This document shows positions 17,884 to 26,442 of a DNA stretch of 64,000 nucleotides, piece by piece (position 1 is the stretch's first letter; each line of letters starts with the position of its first letter). Where the stretch lies: positions 78,482 through 142,481 of the forward strand of contig CAIRHC010000007.1 of NCBI GenBank assembly GCA_903878275.1, written 5' to 3'. Both the position numbers and the translations under genes were made by a program. The notes beneath the pieces were generated by a model. It was given only the letters and a program-made list of their open reading frames with translations, was not told where the DNA came from and did not search any database. The DNA comes from Candidatus Vogelbacteria bacterium (lineage in GTDB: Bacteria; Patescibacteriota; Minisyncoccia; Phycocordibacterales; XYD1-FULL-46-19).

Positions 17884-19713
17884 ATGAAAAAATATCTCGT
17901 AGTTTTAATACTTGTCGGACTAATCATCTCGACTCCTTTGGCAACCCAAGCTTTTAGTGGAGGGGATCTCTCTTCGCTTATTACTAAAATAGAAAATCTT
18001 ATTGTTCAGTTGAAGCAAGTGCAACTGGCAGCGGTTTTTAGTAGAAACCGGGTAGTCAAAAAAGCCCCGACACCGACACCTACACCAGCCACGGGTACTT
18101 ATTATGTCGATTGTGCCAGTACTGCCAACGATAATAATGCTGGTACTAGTGCAACAAAGCCTTGGCATACCATCGGCCGTGCTTCTTGTATGAGTGATAA
18201 TCCGCAGTGTGGCTCTTTTAAACCTGGCGATACTATTTTGTTTAAACGGGGTTGTACCTGGACTGGCGAGCAATTAACCATCAACACGTCTGGCACTGCT
18301 GGTAAGCCAATTACTATCGCTGACTACGGCACTGGTAATTTGCCGATTATACAGGGCAGTGTCTCTGCTCCAGTTGGTGTTGGTAACGTAAGAGATATGA
18401 TTAATGTAAACGGCAAGAGCTATCTGACATTTCAAAATCTAGAAATAAGATATGCTGAAAATCCGGTGGTTGTAAATAATTCTAGCAATATTGTTTTAAA
18501 TAATCTTAATATTCATGACAATATCGGCTACGGTGCCATTCTTTTAACCGCTGATAGTCAGAGTACAACAAATAATACCGTAAGTAATACTACAATATAC
18601 AATACCAAAGCCAGTACCGAATCAGGACAGATTGGCGAAAATGGCGACCCCAATAGTCGTGGTCATGGAATTTTTATGTTTTCTAATTCAAGTCAGTCAT
18701 TGGTAAATAATAACATTTTTACCGGCAATACTATTTATAATAATGGTGAGTCTGGTATCGACATGATTTTGGGATCAAATAATCGCTTTAGTCAAAATAA
18801 AATTTATAACAATGGCAGTTCCGGCATTAGTTTGGTAAGTGTTAACGGTGAATCTAATGGTAATATTGTTGAGAACAATCTTGCTTACAATAATGGTCAA
18901 ACAACCGACGACGTTGCCGGTATCGATTTGCATCGTATCGGTAGTAATAATATTGTAAGGTATAATGCGGTTTATAATACAGTTGATGCTTTAATAGCGC
19001 CGACAATCCCAGCTCGTCCATGGAATAATGGTACAAAATACGGCAACGTTGGCATTAGATTTGATAGTAATACTGACCAGTCAGTACCGGTGATTGCTGC
19101 CACTGGTAATCAAGTTTATTACAATCTAATCGTTGGCGGCACTTATAATTTTATGAATATTCGCAATACCGGTCTATCATTCTTCAACAATATTCTACAT
19201 AACAGCTCATCGGATAATGTCCGAATTCATAACAGTAAAGATGTTCTTGATTTTGTTTTTAAGAATAATATTCTTACTCGTAATAGTAATAACGAAAACG
19301 TTTATTTTGTTCGCATTCAAGATGCTAAAAATGTTACTGATCCTGCTAAGTTCAACAATAATATGTATTATTCTTCGGTCGCTGGTGGCAAGTTCTGCGC
19401 GCTTACAGATAAAGATGCTTGGTGCTTAAATCCGGTTACGACGCTGGCTGATTGGCAAAGTCAAAGTGGCTTTGATAAAACAAATTCGTTAATAGCTAAT
19501 CCTCAATTTTCAGCAACTGCTCCGACAAGTGTTTCGGCAACTAATATTGAGAGCGCAGTCAGTAGCTTTAAACTAAACGCTACTTCACCAGCCTTGGATA
19601 AGGGTGCCACAGATGTGACTGCTGGGTTATCGTTAGCTCAAGATTATTTTAGTCAAAGCGTGCCGTACGGCAGTAGCTTACCAGATCTTGGCTTTAGCGA
19701 AATTGCTAAATAA
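17884..19713 (+). CDS. secreted right-handed beta-helix (pectin-lyase-like) protein
   Basis: Signal peptide; YYVD..GTSATKPWHTI, PGDTILFKRG; Asn-rich NxIYNN repeats; C-terminal SPALDKG..PDLG. Confidence 0.85.
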   Translation: MKKYLVVLILVGLIISTPLATQAFSGGDLSSLITKIENLIVQLKQVQLAAVFSRNRVVKKAPTPTPTPATGTYYVDCASTANDNNAGTSATKPWHTIGRASCMSDNPQCGSFKPGDTILFKRGCTWTGEQLTINTSGTAGKPITIADYGTGNLPIIQGSVSAPVGVGNVRDMINVNGKSYLTFQNLEIRYAENPVVVNNSSNIVLNNLNIHDNIGYGAILLTADSQSTTNNTVSNTTIYNTKASTESGQIGENGDPNSRGHGIFMFSNSSQSLVNNNIFTGNTIYNNGESGIDMILGSNNRFSQNKIYNNGSSGISLVSVNGESNGNIVENNLAYNNGQTTDDVAGIDLHRIGSNNIVRYNAVYNTVDALIAPTIPARPWNNGTKYGNVGIRFDSNTDQSVPVIAATGNQVYYNLIVGGTYNFMNIRNTGLSFFNNILHNSSSDNVRIHNSKDVLDFVFKNNILTRNSNNENVYFVRIQDAKNVTDPAKFNNNMYYSSVAGGKFCALTDKDAWCLNPVTTLADWQSQSGFDKTNSLIANPQFSATAPTSVSATNIESAVSSFKLNATSPALDKGATDVTAGLSLAQDYFSQSVPYGSSLPDLGFSEIAK

Positions 19714-19756
19714 TAATATTTAAATTTAGTTAAGATAAATAAAAGATTGTAAGAAT

Positions 19757-19791
19757 AAATCCCGCCCGAGGCTAGTCCTCGGGCGGGATTT
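19757..19791. terminator. palindrome family copy 5
   Basis: AAATCCCGCCCGAGG-CTAGT-CCTCGGGCGGGATTT. Confidence 0.75.
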
Positions 19792-19854
19792 GCGGTGAAG
19801 CTAATTAGAATGGGGATAACCCGTGAGCCGTGCGAACGGAGCAGTCCCCCGAAG

Positions 19855-19901
19855 TGGGGATAACTAAATTATACTGGGGGGGGGGCTTTCTGTGATATAC
19901 T
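19855..19901 (+). promoter_or_regulatory. promoter with DnaA-box-like site, G10 tract and extended -10
   Basis: TGGGGATAA 19855-19863; G10 19876-19885; TG-A-TATACT 19893-19901. Confidence 0.65.
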
Positions 19902-19946
19902 TAAACAAGTTTTTATTATCAATTATTAGTTTAATTTATTTTATTT

Positions 19947-21779
19947 ATGAAAAAATATCTCGTAGCCTTGGCACTAGTCGGGCTAATCATCTCGACTCCT
20001 TTGGCAACCCAAGCTTTTAGTGGAGGGGATCTCTCTTCGCTTATTACTAAAATAGAAAACCTTATTACTCAATTAAAACAATTTCAATTGGGTGCGGTCG
20101 GAACTATCACTGGAGAATCAGCGATTTTAAGTGATTTTGTTTTTACTCCATCCTCACCGTTGGCGATCAACACTACTATCACTGGGAAAGTTAAAATTAC
20201 CAACAACGGCACTGTCGCTCTTCCTGGAGCTGGATATGGTTTGAGGGCGACAAATGTGACAGATTCTAAATTTCTATTTTCTGTTTTTGTGCCCACTATT
20301 CAGCCTGGAGCTTCGGTTGTTCTCCAAAATGGTATGACCTTCTCGTTCCCGACAGCTGGCTACAAAGATACTTTGTGGGAATTAATAAAGGTGGGCAGTA
20401 CTGTGCCTTTGACGACGACTCATCAATATCTCGTGGCGGGGGAAAGTGCCGGTCTTCTTTTTGATTCTTTCTCGCTGGCTTCTCCTGTTGCTCCAAATAC
20501 CAATGTCACCGCGAGTATCAAAGTGGTCAGTAATGGTACCGCTTTATCTGGCTATCAGCTCGTCGGAACGAGTGACACTGGTTTAGTTATCCCAACTATT
20601 ACTGATGTTTCTGTCCCCTCGGCTAGCCCGGCTGGTATTCAAATTAAAACTTTTACCACCCCACCATTTAATTCTGGTACATCCGGAAACTCGGTCATTA
20701 CTTGGAAATTAATTAAAGGCACTACGGTTTTGGGAAATGCGGTGACGGGGACTTTGATGGTGGGTCAAGCAACTCCTTCTATTGCTGTAATTTCCCCAAA
20801 TGGAGGAGAAAATTGGAAAGTGGGTGAAACACATAATATTACTTGGAAGACTAAAGACCTTCCGTCGTCAGATATAATTAATATTAATTTGTTACAGAAG
20901 AATAATGCAATGTTGTTTGTGGCCAATGCTATTAATTCCGGTTCTTATTCTTGGACGATCCCTGTTGAAATGCATGGTTTCAATTTAAATGAGGACGATA
21001 ATTATAAAATACAGCTTCTCGATAATAAGGCGCAACCTTCTTATTTTTCTGACTTGAGCGATACTTATTTTAGTATTTTGGAATCACCTACCACTCCCAC
21101 CGTCAATAGTATTACTCCAAACACCGCACCGATCGGAACTACTTCTCGAATAATAATCAGAGGTTTAAATTTCAGCATCGGTAGCACCATCTATACTTTT
21201 AATGGAGAGACGAAGGACAAACTGTTCTGTACTATCAGCGTCAACGCCAATGGGAACTATGATTGTCCTCTTCCTGCTACTTTTTCCGCTGGTGCATACA
21301 AACTTGCGGTGGTAAACTCTCGTGGGACGAGCAATAAGGTAGATTTTACGTTTACTTCTATTCCTGTTATTACTAATTTAACTGTGGCGTCTACCTCAGC
21401 TATTTTAGGTCAAGGTATTGGTAGTCCGGTCGATCGTTATCCTGTCACTTTTTCTTTTACTCTGGTTAATTCAGGCGATATTCCTTTGTATTTGTCGAAT
21501 AATCCTTCAATTGCATTTGCAACAGTGACATCTCCCGTAAATTCTCCATCTAGTGTTTCTTCTTTTCTTGCGTCTCTTTTACCGGGGGATTCACCTGGTG
21601 CATATGTTATACCGGCGAACGGACAGAGAAGATTCGTAGCTTCTGGACTGATTATGAGTTCTCTTCAAGGAGCAGGGTTACAAATTGTGAGTATATTTTA
21701 CGGTACTTCAGCCAGTGATTTGAGAGCCCTGAACATAGATGTTTCTCGTAAAGGTTTGGGTCAAATGGTGCTTAATTAG
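19947..21779 (+). CDS. secreted Ig-like/IPT multidomain surface protein (610 aa)
   Basis: N-terminus nearly identical to the 17884 gene; SPNGGE module; IPT module nearly identical to that of the 9915 gene. Confidence 0.8.
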   Translation: MKKYLVALALVGLIISTPLATQAFSGGDLSSLITKIENLITQLKQFQLGAVGTITGESAILSDFVFTPSSPLAINTTITGKVKITNNGTVALPGAGYGLRATNVTDSKFLFSVFVPTIQPGASVVLQNGMTFSFPTAGYKDTLWELIKVGSTVPLTTTHQYLVAGESAGLLFDSFSLASPVAPNTNVTASIKVVSNGTALSGYQLVGTSDTGLVIPTITDVSVPSASPAGIQIKTFTTPPFNSGTSGNSVITWKLIKGTTVLGNAVTGTLMVGQATPSIAVISPNGGENWKVGETHNITWKTKDLPSSDIININLLQKNNAMLFVANAINSGSYSWTIPVEMHGFNLNEDDNYKIQLLDNKAQPSYFSDLSDTYFSILESPTTPTVNSITPNTAPIGTTSRIIIRGLNFSIGSTIYTFNGETKDKLFCTISVNANGNYDCPLPATFSAGAYKLAVVNSRGTSNKVDFTFTSIPVITNLTVASTSAILGQGIGSPVDRYPVTFSFTLVNSGDIPLYLSNNPSIAFATVTSPVNSPSSVSSFLASLLPGDSPGAYVIPANGQRRFVASGLIMSSLQGAGLQIVSIFYGTSASDLRALNIDVSRKGLGQMVLN

Positions 21780-21781
21780 GA

Positions 21782-21824
21782 GTGAGGTCGAACCTCACCT
21801 AGGGGATGTCGTTTGTGTTGTAAT
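21782..21824 (+). repeat. RAYT-end element (REP hairpin plus TTGTGTTGTAAT)
   Basis: GTGAGGTCGAACCTCAC-CTAGGGGATGTCG-TTTGTGTTGTAAT aligns with the reverse complement of 53498-53539. Confidence 0.7.
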
Positions 21825-21841
21825 GTTTTATCTAAAAAATT

Positions 21842-22063
21842 ATGACTACTATCTCGGTACCGTTAAATGCTAAATTAGAAAAAGCTATTAACCATTTGAT
21901 TGAGTCTGGTTATGGCTCTAATAAAATCGAAGTTATTCATCGAGCTGTTATTAGCGCCTCAGAAGAAGAGGCTATCGGAATAGTTCTAAGAGCTAAAAAA
22001 GAGATATCTCTGGGGAGGGGCATAAAAGGTGGTTTAAAAGAATTGGTTAAAAAGTTTAAATAA
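21842..22063 (+). CDS. ribbon-helix-helix antitoxin-like protein (orphan)
   Basis: MTTISVPL...LIESGYGSNKIEVIHRAV resembles ParD/CopG RHH; no toxin follows. Confidence 0.6.
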   Translation: MTTISVPLNAKLEKAINHLIESGYGSNKIEVIHRAVISASEEEAIGIVLRAKKEISLGRGIKGGLKELVKKFK

Positions 22064-22095
22064 CATTCTAACTCACCGAGAGGTGAATGATAAAA

Positions 22096-22132
22096 CAAAA
22101 AAACGGAGAAGTTAAACTTCTCCGTTTTTTTT
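22096..22132. terminator. bidirectional terminator
   Basis: AAAAAAACGGAGAAG-TTAAA-CTTCTCCGTTTTTTT between convergent genes. Confidence 0.8.
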
Positions 22133-22142
22133 GTTTTTAAAT

Positions 22143-22490
22143 TTAAGCTTTAGCTTGGCTGACGACTTGGGCGTAAACTTCGGGGTTGTTTTCAGCTAAT
22201 TCAGCAAGCATTTTGCGGTTTAGTCCGATATTTTTCTTCTTTAACATTCCAATAAATTTGCTGTAAGAAAGCTCGAATTCGGCAAGGCTGGCGCCGATCT
22301 TGATATTCCACAAACGACGAAAATCATTTTTCTTATCTCGGCGGTGGGCAAAAGCGTTGACACCAGCTTTTCGGATAGCAACTTTAGCTTCTTTTTCTTT
22401 GGTGCTTCGTCCGAAGCGATAACCCTTGGCGTCTTTCAAGACGTTGCGGCGGTGCTTCATTGAAATTGTTCCTCGTTTTACTCGGGTCAT
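22143..22490 (-). CDS. rplT: 50S ribosomal protein L20
   Basis: MTRVKRG, AKGYR, FRRLWNIKI, LNRKMLAELA. Confidence 0.97.
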   Translation of the reverse strand: MTRVKRGTISMKHRRNVLKDAKGYRFGRSTKEKEAKVAIRKAGVNAFAHRRDKKNDFRRLWNIKIGASLAEFELSYSKFIGMLKKKNIGLNRKMLAELAENNPEVYAQVVSQAKA

Positions 22491-22516
22491 AATATTTTAT
22501 TAAAAATTATAAATTT

Positions 22517-22711
22517 CTATCGATTTACGGCAAGTGGTAAATAACGACTAACATCCTTGTTTTTTAAAGTGATAACTCTCATTTTCTTGCCTTTCATTTG
22601 AGTGTTTCGGGATTCTTTGGCATTGAAGTGGTTTTTGCCCGCTTTGCGCGCTAAAATCTTCCCAGTTTTGGTGATCTTGAATCTTTTAGATAGTGATTTT
22701 TTGGTTTTCAT
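22517..22711 (-). CDS. rpmI: 50S ribosomal protein L35
   Basis: Start reassigned to ATG 22711: MKTKKSLSKRFKITKTGK..H. Confidence 0.93.
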   Translation of the reverse strand: MKTKKSLSKRFKITKTGKILARKAGKNHFNAKESRNTQMKGKKMRVITLKNKDVSRYLPLAVNR

Positions 22712-22790
22712 AGTATTTTTGCCGTCTAACAAACAAAAGAACAGAACCCTGTTCTTACCAAATAAGTGTACTACAAACAGCTTTTTTTGT

Positions 22791-23372
22791 CTATTGTTTA
22801 GGCTCCAATGGCTCTTCTTGGGGTTTGGTCGCTGTTTTTGGTGCCTCTTTGGCTGGGCTCGATTCTTTGGCTCGCTCAATAGTGACCGACAGACCTTTGG
22901 GGCTTTTCTTTGGCTCCTCGGAAATTTTATGATTTTCGGTAATTAAATTCAAGATGCGATTTAGGCGTTCTTTCAAGAAATTGAAGTCGAAATACTTGGT
23001 TCGTCCGGGCAAAAATAGGTTGATTTTGACGCGGTGACCATCTTTAAGAAAAGCCGAGGCTTGCTTGGCTTTAAGCTCTAGATCGTGCTCGCCAGTGCCA
23101 ATTTTGATCTGTAGGGCTTTGGTTTCGGTCGAATGAGTCTTGGCAAGTTTTTGCTTTTTTTGCTCTAAATACTGAAATTTGCCGTACTCCATAATTTTGG
23201 CAACTGGGGGCATCGCTTGAGGTGAAACCTCAATTAAATCAAGCTCGCGCTCGCGGGCAACAGCCAAAGCTTCTTCGGTTTTGAGAACACCCAAATTATT
23301 GCCTTCTTCGTCGATAACTCGCAATTCGGCCGCGCGTATTTGGTTGTTTATTCTAATGAAAGACTTCAAAAT
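22791..23372 (-). CDS. infC: translation initiation factor IF-3
   Basis: RINNQI, LDLIEVSP, PPVAKIMEYGKF; in-frame ATT at 23372-23370 precedes TTG, matching the usual non-AUG infC start. Confidence 0.95.
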   Translation of the reverse strand: MLKSFIRINNQIRAAELRVIDEEGNNLGVLKTEEALAVARERELDLIEVSPQAMPPVAKIMEYGKFQYLEQKKQKLAKTHSTETKALQIKIGTGEHDLELKAKQASAFLKDGHRVKINLFLPGRTKYFDFNFLKERLNRILNLITENHKISEEPKKSPKGLSVTIERAKESSPAKEAPKTATKPQEEPLEPKQ

Positions 23373-23438
23373 AGTGTTTATTTATACCAAAAGTCTAACC
23401 TTTTTAGCCTTTTTAGTCAAATATGGTAAGATTACAAG

Positions 23439-23894
23439 ATGGCGAATTTAGTCGAAAACAAAAAAATATTCCTTAATTATGAAGTGCTCGACGAATATGA
23501 AGCGGGCATTGAGCTTTTGGGGGCGGAGGTCAAAATGATCAAAAGTCATCACGGCTCACTTGAAGGTGCTCGAGTTTTGATTCGTGGAGCCGAAGCTTTT
23601 TTGGTCGGTTTTAATTTGCCAATTTATCAACCAAACAATCCCAGCTCGGCTTATGAATCCGAACGAACGCGAAAATTAATGTTGAAGAAAAAAGAAATCG
23701 CGGAGCTTGTCGGCAGAGGGGAACAGAAAGGATTGACAATCGTGCCAATTTCAATGTATAATAAAGGGAGGTTAATTAAGGTAAAAATCGCCGTGGTACG
23801 CGGGAAGAAAAAATTTGATAAACGCGAGAGCTTAAAGAAAAAAGAAGCCAAGCGTGACGTCGCTCGTGAGATGAAGGGCTCTTTGAAAAATTAA
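23439..23894 (+). CDS. smpB: SsrA-binding protein
   Basis: EAGIELLGAEVK, RTRKLML, GKKKFDKRE. Confidence 0.97.
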   Translation: MANLVENKKIFLNYEVLDEYEAGIELLGAEVKMIKSHHGSLEGARVLIRGAEAFLVGFNLPIYQPNNPSSAYESERTRKLMLKKKEIAELVGRGEQKGLTIVPISMYNKGRLIKVKIAVVRGKKKFDKRESLKKKEAKRDVAREMKGSLKN

Positions 23895-23899
23895 TAAGG

Positions 23900-24166
23900 A
23901 TGAAACATACCGTTTATATTTTATTTAGCCATAAAGATAAAAAACTTTATGTTGGTTGTGCTAAAGATGTAATGGAAAGGCTGAAGAGACACAATGCAGG
24001 GTCGGTGCTTGCGACTAAAAATCGTAGACCTTTTTCTTTAATTTATACTGAAACTTTTACCGATAAAGCCGAAGCTTTTAATCGGGAAAGATTTTTGAAA
24101 AGTTTATGGGGCGCTAGATTAAAGAAAAAGGTCTTGGACGATTTTTTAAAGGCCAAGGCTAAATAA
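23900..24166 (+). CDS. stand-alone GIY-YIG nuclease (UPF0213-like)
   Basis: VYIL..LYVG..RLKRHN..TKNRRP..E. Confidence 0.9.
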   Translation: MKHTVYILFSHKDKKLYVGCAKDVMERLKRHNAGSVLATKNRRPFSLIYTETFTDKAEAFNRERFLKSLWGARLKKKVLDDFLKAKAK

Positions 24167-24248
24167 ATTTTGAAGTATGTTTTATGGCTAAAACATTTTT
24201 GCAAGCAAAAATGTTCGCCCGAACAAATTTCTTTGAAATTTGTTTTAG

Positions 24249-24651
24249 GGGGATGATCGGCTTCGACAGGTAGCCTTTCTCTAGTGTGTATGTGGAGACT
24301 CCGAATCCTCCTTAAACATCGGAAAAACAGTCAAATGCCAACGCATCTGACAAGGGACTTGTGGCTTCGCCATATTTCTCTCCAGCCTTGGCTTTAGCCT
24401 AACGCTGGTGCTGGCTTAAATCGCAGTCTGGATGATTTAAGTTGGTATAATAAATTCTGGACTAGCAATTAAACATTTCTCGGTTTAAAAGCGAAACAAA
24501 GAGAATCGACTAATTAAGGTTTTGTTTGTTTAACACTTAGTTAGTTTAAATCCGCTCGGCGATTAGCCGAGCGGGACATAAACAATCTACACATATAGAT
24601 TCACTAAAGTAACCTATTTGCACGGGGGTTCGATTCCCCCCATCTCCACCC
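24249..24651 (+). ncRNA. ssrA: tmRNA
   Basis: 5' GGGGATG..TTCGAC; 3' GGGTTCGATTCCC-CATCTCCA; tag ORF 24337-24402 (A)NASDKGLVASPYFSPALALA*; next to smpB. Confidence 0.95.
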
Positions 24652-24689
24652 AAAGTTGACAATTTGTGTCAAAAGCATAATATATTGGT

Positions 24690-24746
24690 ATAACTATGGA
24701 AGAGACCCTTATGTAGATACGTCTGCATCGGGGGCTTTTTCTTTTT
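24690..24746 (+). ncRNA. candidate ~55-nt hairpin RNA convergent on the NYN gene
   Basis: TTGACA 24656-24661 with TAATAT/TATATT boxes, then hairpin GAGACCCTT-ATGTAGA..TCTGCAT-CGGGGGCTTTTT; no ORF; could also be just a terminator. Confidence 0.35.
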
Positions 24747-24761
24747 GATTGGGCTTAAAGT

Positions 24762-25247
24762 TTAAGATGATTTTTTAGAAAACTTGTGATAATGTTCGTT
24801 AAGAAAAGTAATTTCGGTATTTTTATTTCTTAACAAAATTGAGCACTTGTTTTCGTCAGGAGAAATAACTCGATCTAAAACAGAATTATTATCCAAAAAT
24901 TCCACCAAGCAACCAAAATCGCCATCACCAGAAACGAGAATACATTTATCAAACGCTTTGTTATAAAAGTCAGAGACAGTTTTTAAAACCAGTTCGGCAT
25001 CGCAATTACCCTTAATTACTCCTCCAACCGAAACGGTTTGTTTGAAAACTAAAATAAAACCACATTCTTGCAGATGCTCGTAAAATTTGGTTCTCGTTGG
25101 AACGAGACCGATAAAAAGGTAGATATTTGAAGTGTCATATTTTTGCCGAAGCCAACCATAAAATTTTTTGTAATCAATTCCAAAACCAAGTTCTTTGGCT
25201 CCGCGATATAAATTATTGCCGTCAATATAAATGTTGGTTCTAATCAC
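24762..25247 (-). CDS. NYN/LabA-DUF88 PIN-like ribonuclease
   Basis: YIDGNNLY, KGNCDAEL, VSGDGDF. Confidence 0.9.
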   Translation of the reverse strand: MIRTNIYIDGNNLYRGAKELGFGIDYKKFYGWLRQKYDTSNIYLFIGLVPTRTKFYEHLQECGFILVFKQTVSVGGVIKGNCDAELVLKTVSDFYNKAFDKCILVSGDGDFGCLVEFLDNNSVLDRVISPDENKCSILLRNKNTEITFLNEHYHKFSKKSS

Positions 25248-25379
25248 GAAATTATTTTAGTATAGTTTCATCAAAAGACTGCTAAATATCCATATTCCTC
25301 AATCAGTAAGCATTAAAGGGTTGCGCTTATTTAAATTTTATATTTTTTATAAAAATAGGATAAATTTTGTTTTAATTTA

Positions 25380-25784
25380 TTAATTGCTACTATTCGGAAA
25401 CAAATGTTTAACGGCGACCAAAAGCATTGTTGTGACTTGGGTTATGGTGGCAAAGATAACAAGGTTAAAACTCCATTCTTCTAAGTGAAATTGCAGAAAT
25501 TTGAAACCTTGGAAAAAGGCGATGATAAAAATAATGACAGTCTCGGCGGTCAAAAGGTCAAAAAGTAAAGATAAGGTTGTGCCTTTTAAATTTATATTTT
25601 GTTCGAACGCTTGATTTTCTAGTTGCCCCTTTTTAATTTTTATTTGTTCGTCGATGCTTCGCGGAGTAATAATTGGGTAACGATTAATTTTCTGCGGTTC
25701 AACTGGTCTTTTGACTAAAATTTATCGGATCCGCTGTTTTTGGTCAGTGATAGTCTCAAGATTTTTTTCTTCGGGCGTCTGCAT
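25380..25784 (-). pseudogene. 2-TM membrane protein gene with premature TAA (absent from the ORF track)
   Basis: ATG 25784, 4 nt after the ImmA stop; MQTPEEKNLETITDQKQRIR*ILVKRP...TLSLLFDLLTAETVIIFIIAFFQG...LVIFATITQVTTMLLVAVKHLFPNSSN*; TAA at 25724-25722. Confidence 0.7.
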
Positions 25785-25788
25785 AGTG

Positions 25789-26325
25789 CTATTCTTTGAT
25801 TAGCTCTAGTTTTGTAAGTCTGATCGTCATAGCCAAAACTGAAACGTTGAATATTTTTGCACACTCTTCTATATTTTTTAATTCTTTCCAAGCTTTTGCG
25901 ACTTGGTTTTCTGGCATAATTAAGGCGGCGGCAAAATTGTTGGCTTCAATCTCGATGGAGGTAGCGACTTGGTCGTCCAGCCTAAACAATGTCCGCCCTT
26001 CAAGAGTGGCGTCGTCATCGACAATTGGTTCTTCTTCGGTGATGAGATTTTGGTGGAGAAAATAATGTCCTAGCTCGTGGGCAATCGTAAAATGTTGTCG
26101 GGTTTGCGGTTTGTTTATATTGATAATGATCGTGAACTCGGCATCGTTTTTGTTGTAGGTAATTGCGCCAGAGATATTGTTGTCTTCTTGATCCATTTCT
26201 ATCAAAACAATTTTCAGATTTTTTTTATCTGCTTCAATATTTTCGTACGGAAAAGGGGAAAGTCCGTCGGGGTTATAATCAGTGATAATTTTTTCCGCTA
26301 ATTCTCGGCATTTTTGCACGTTCAT
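25789..26325 (-). CDS. ImmA/IrrE-family (DUF955) metallopeptidase
   Basis: RQHFTIAHELGHYFLH (HExxH), EIEANNFAAALIMP. Confidence 0.93.
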   Translation of the reverse strand: MNVQKCRELAEKIITDYNPDGLSPFPYENIEADKKNLKIVLIEMDQEDNNISGAITYNKNDAEFTIIININKPQTRQHFTIAHELGHYFLHQNLITEEEPIVDDDATLEGRTLFRLDDQVATSIEIEANNFAAALIMPENQVAKAWKELKNIEECAKIFNVSVLAMTIRLTKLELIKE

Positions 26326-26379
26326 TGGTAATATTATTATACTATGTTTGATATAAAATCAATATTTTGTTTAAAAATA

Positions 26380-26412
26380 ATGCCCGTTTTTTCTTGCGAG
26401 AAAAAACGGGCA
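26380..26412. terminator. hairpin after the amidohydrolase gene
   Basis: TGCCCGTTTTTT-CTTGCGAG-AAAAAACGGGCA. Confidence 0.6.
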
Positions 26413-26442
26413 GGTTTTTGGCTACTATTTTATTTTACCGAA

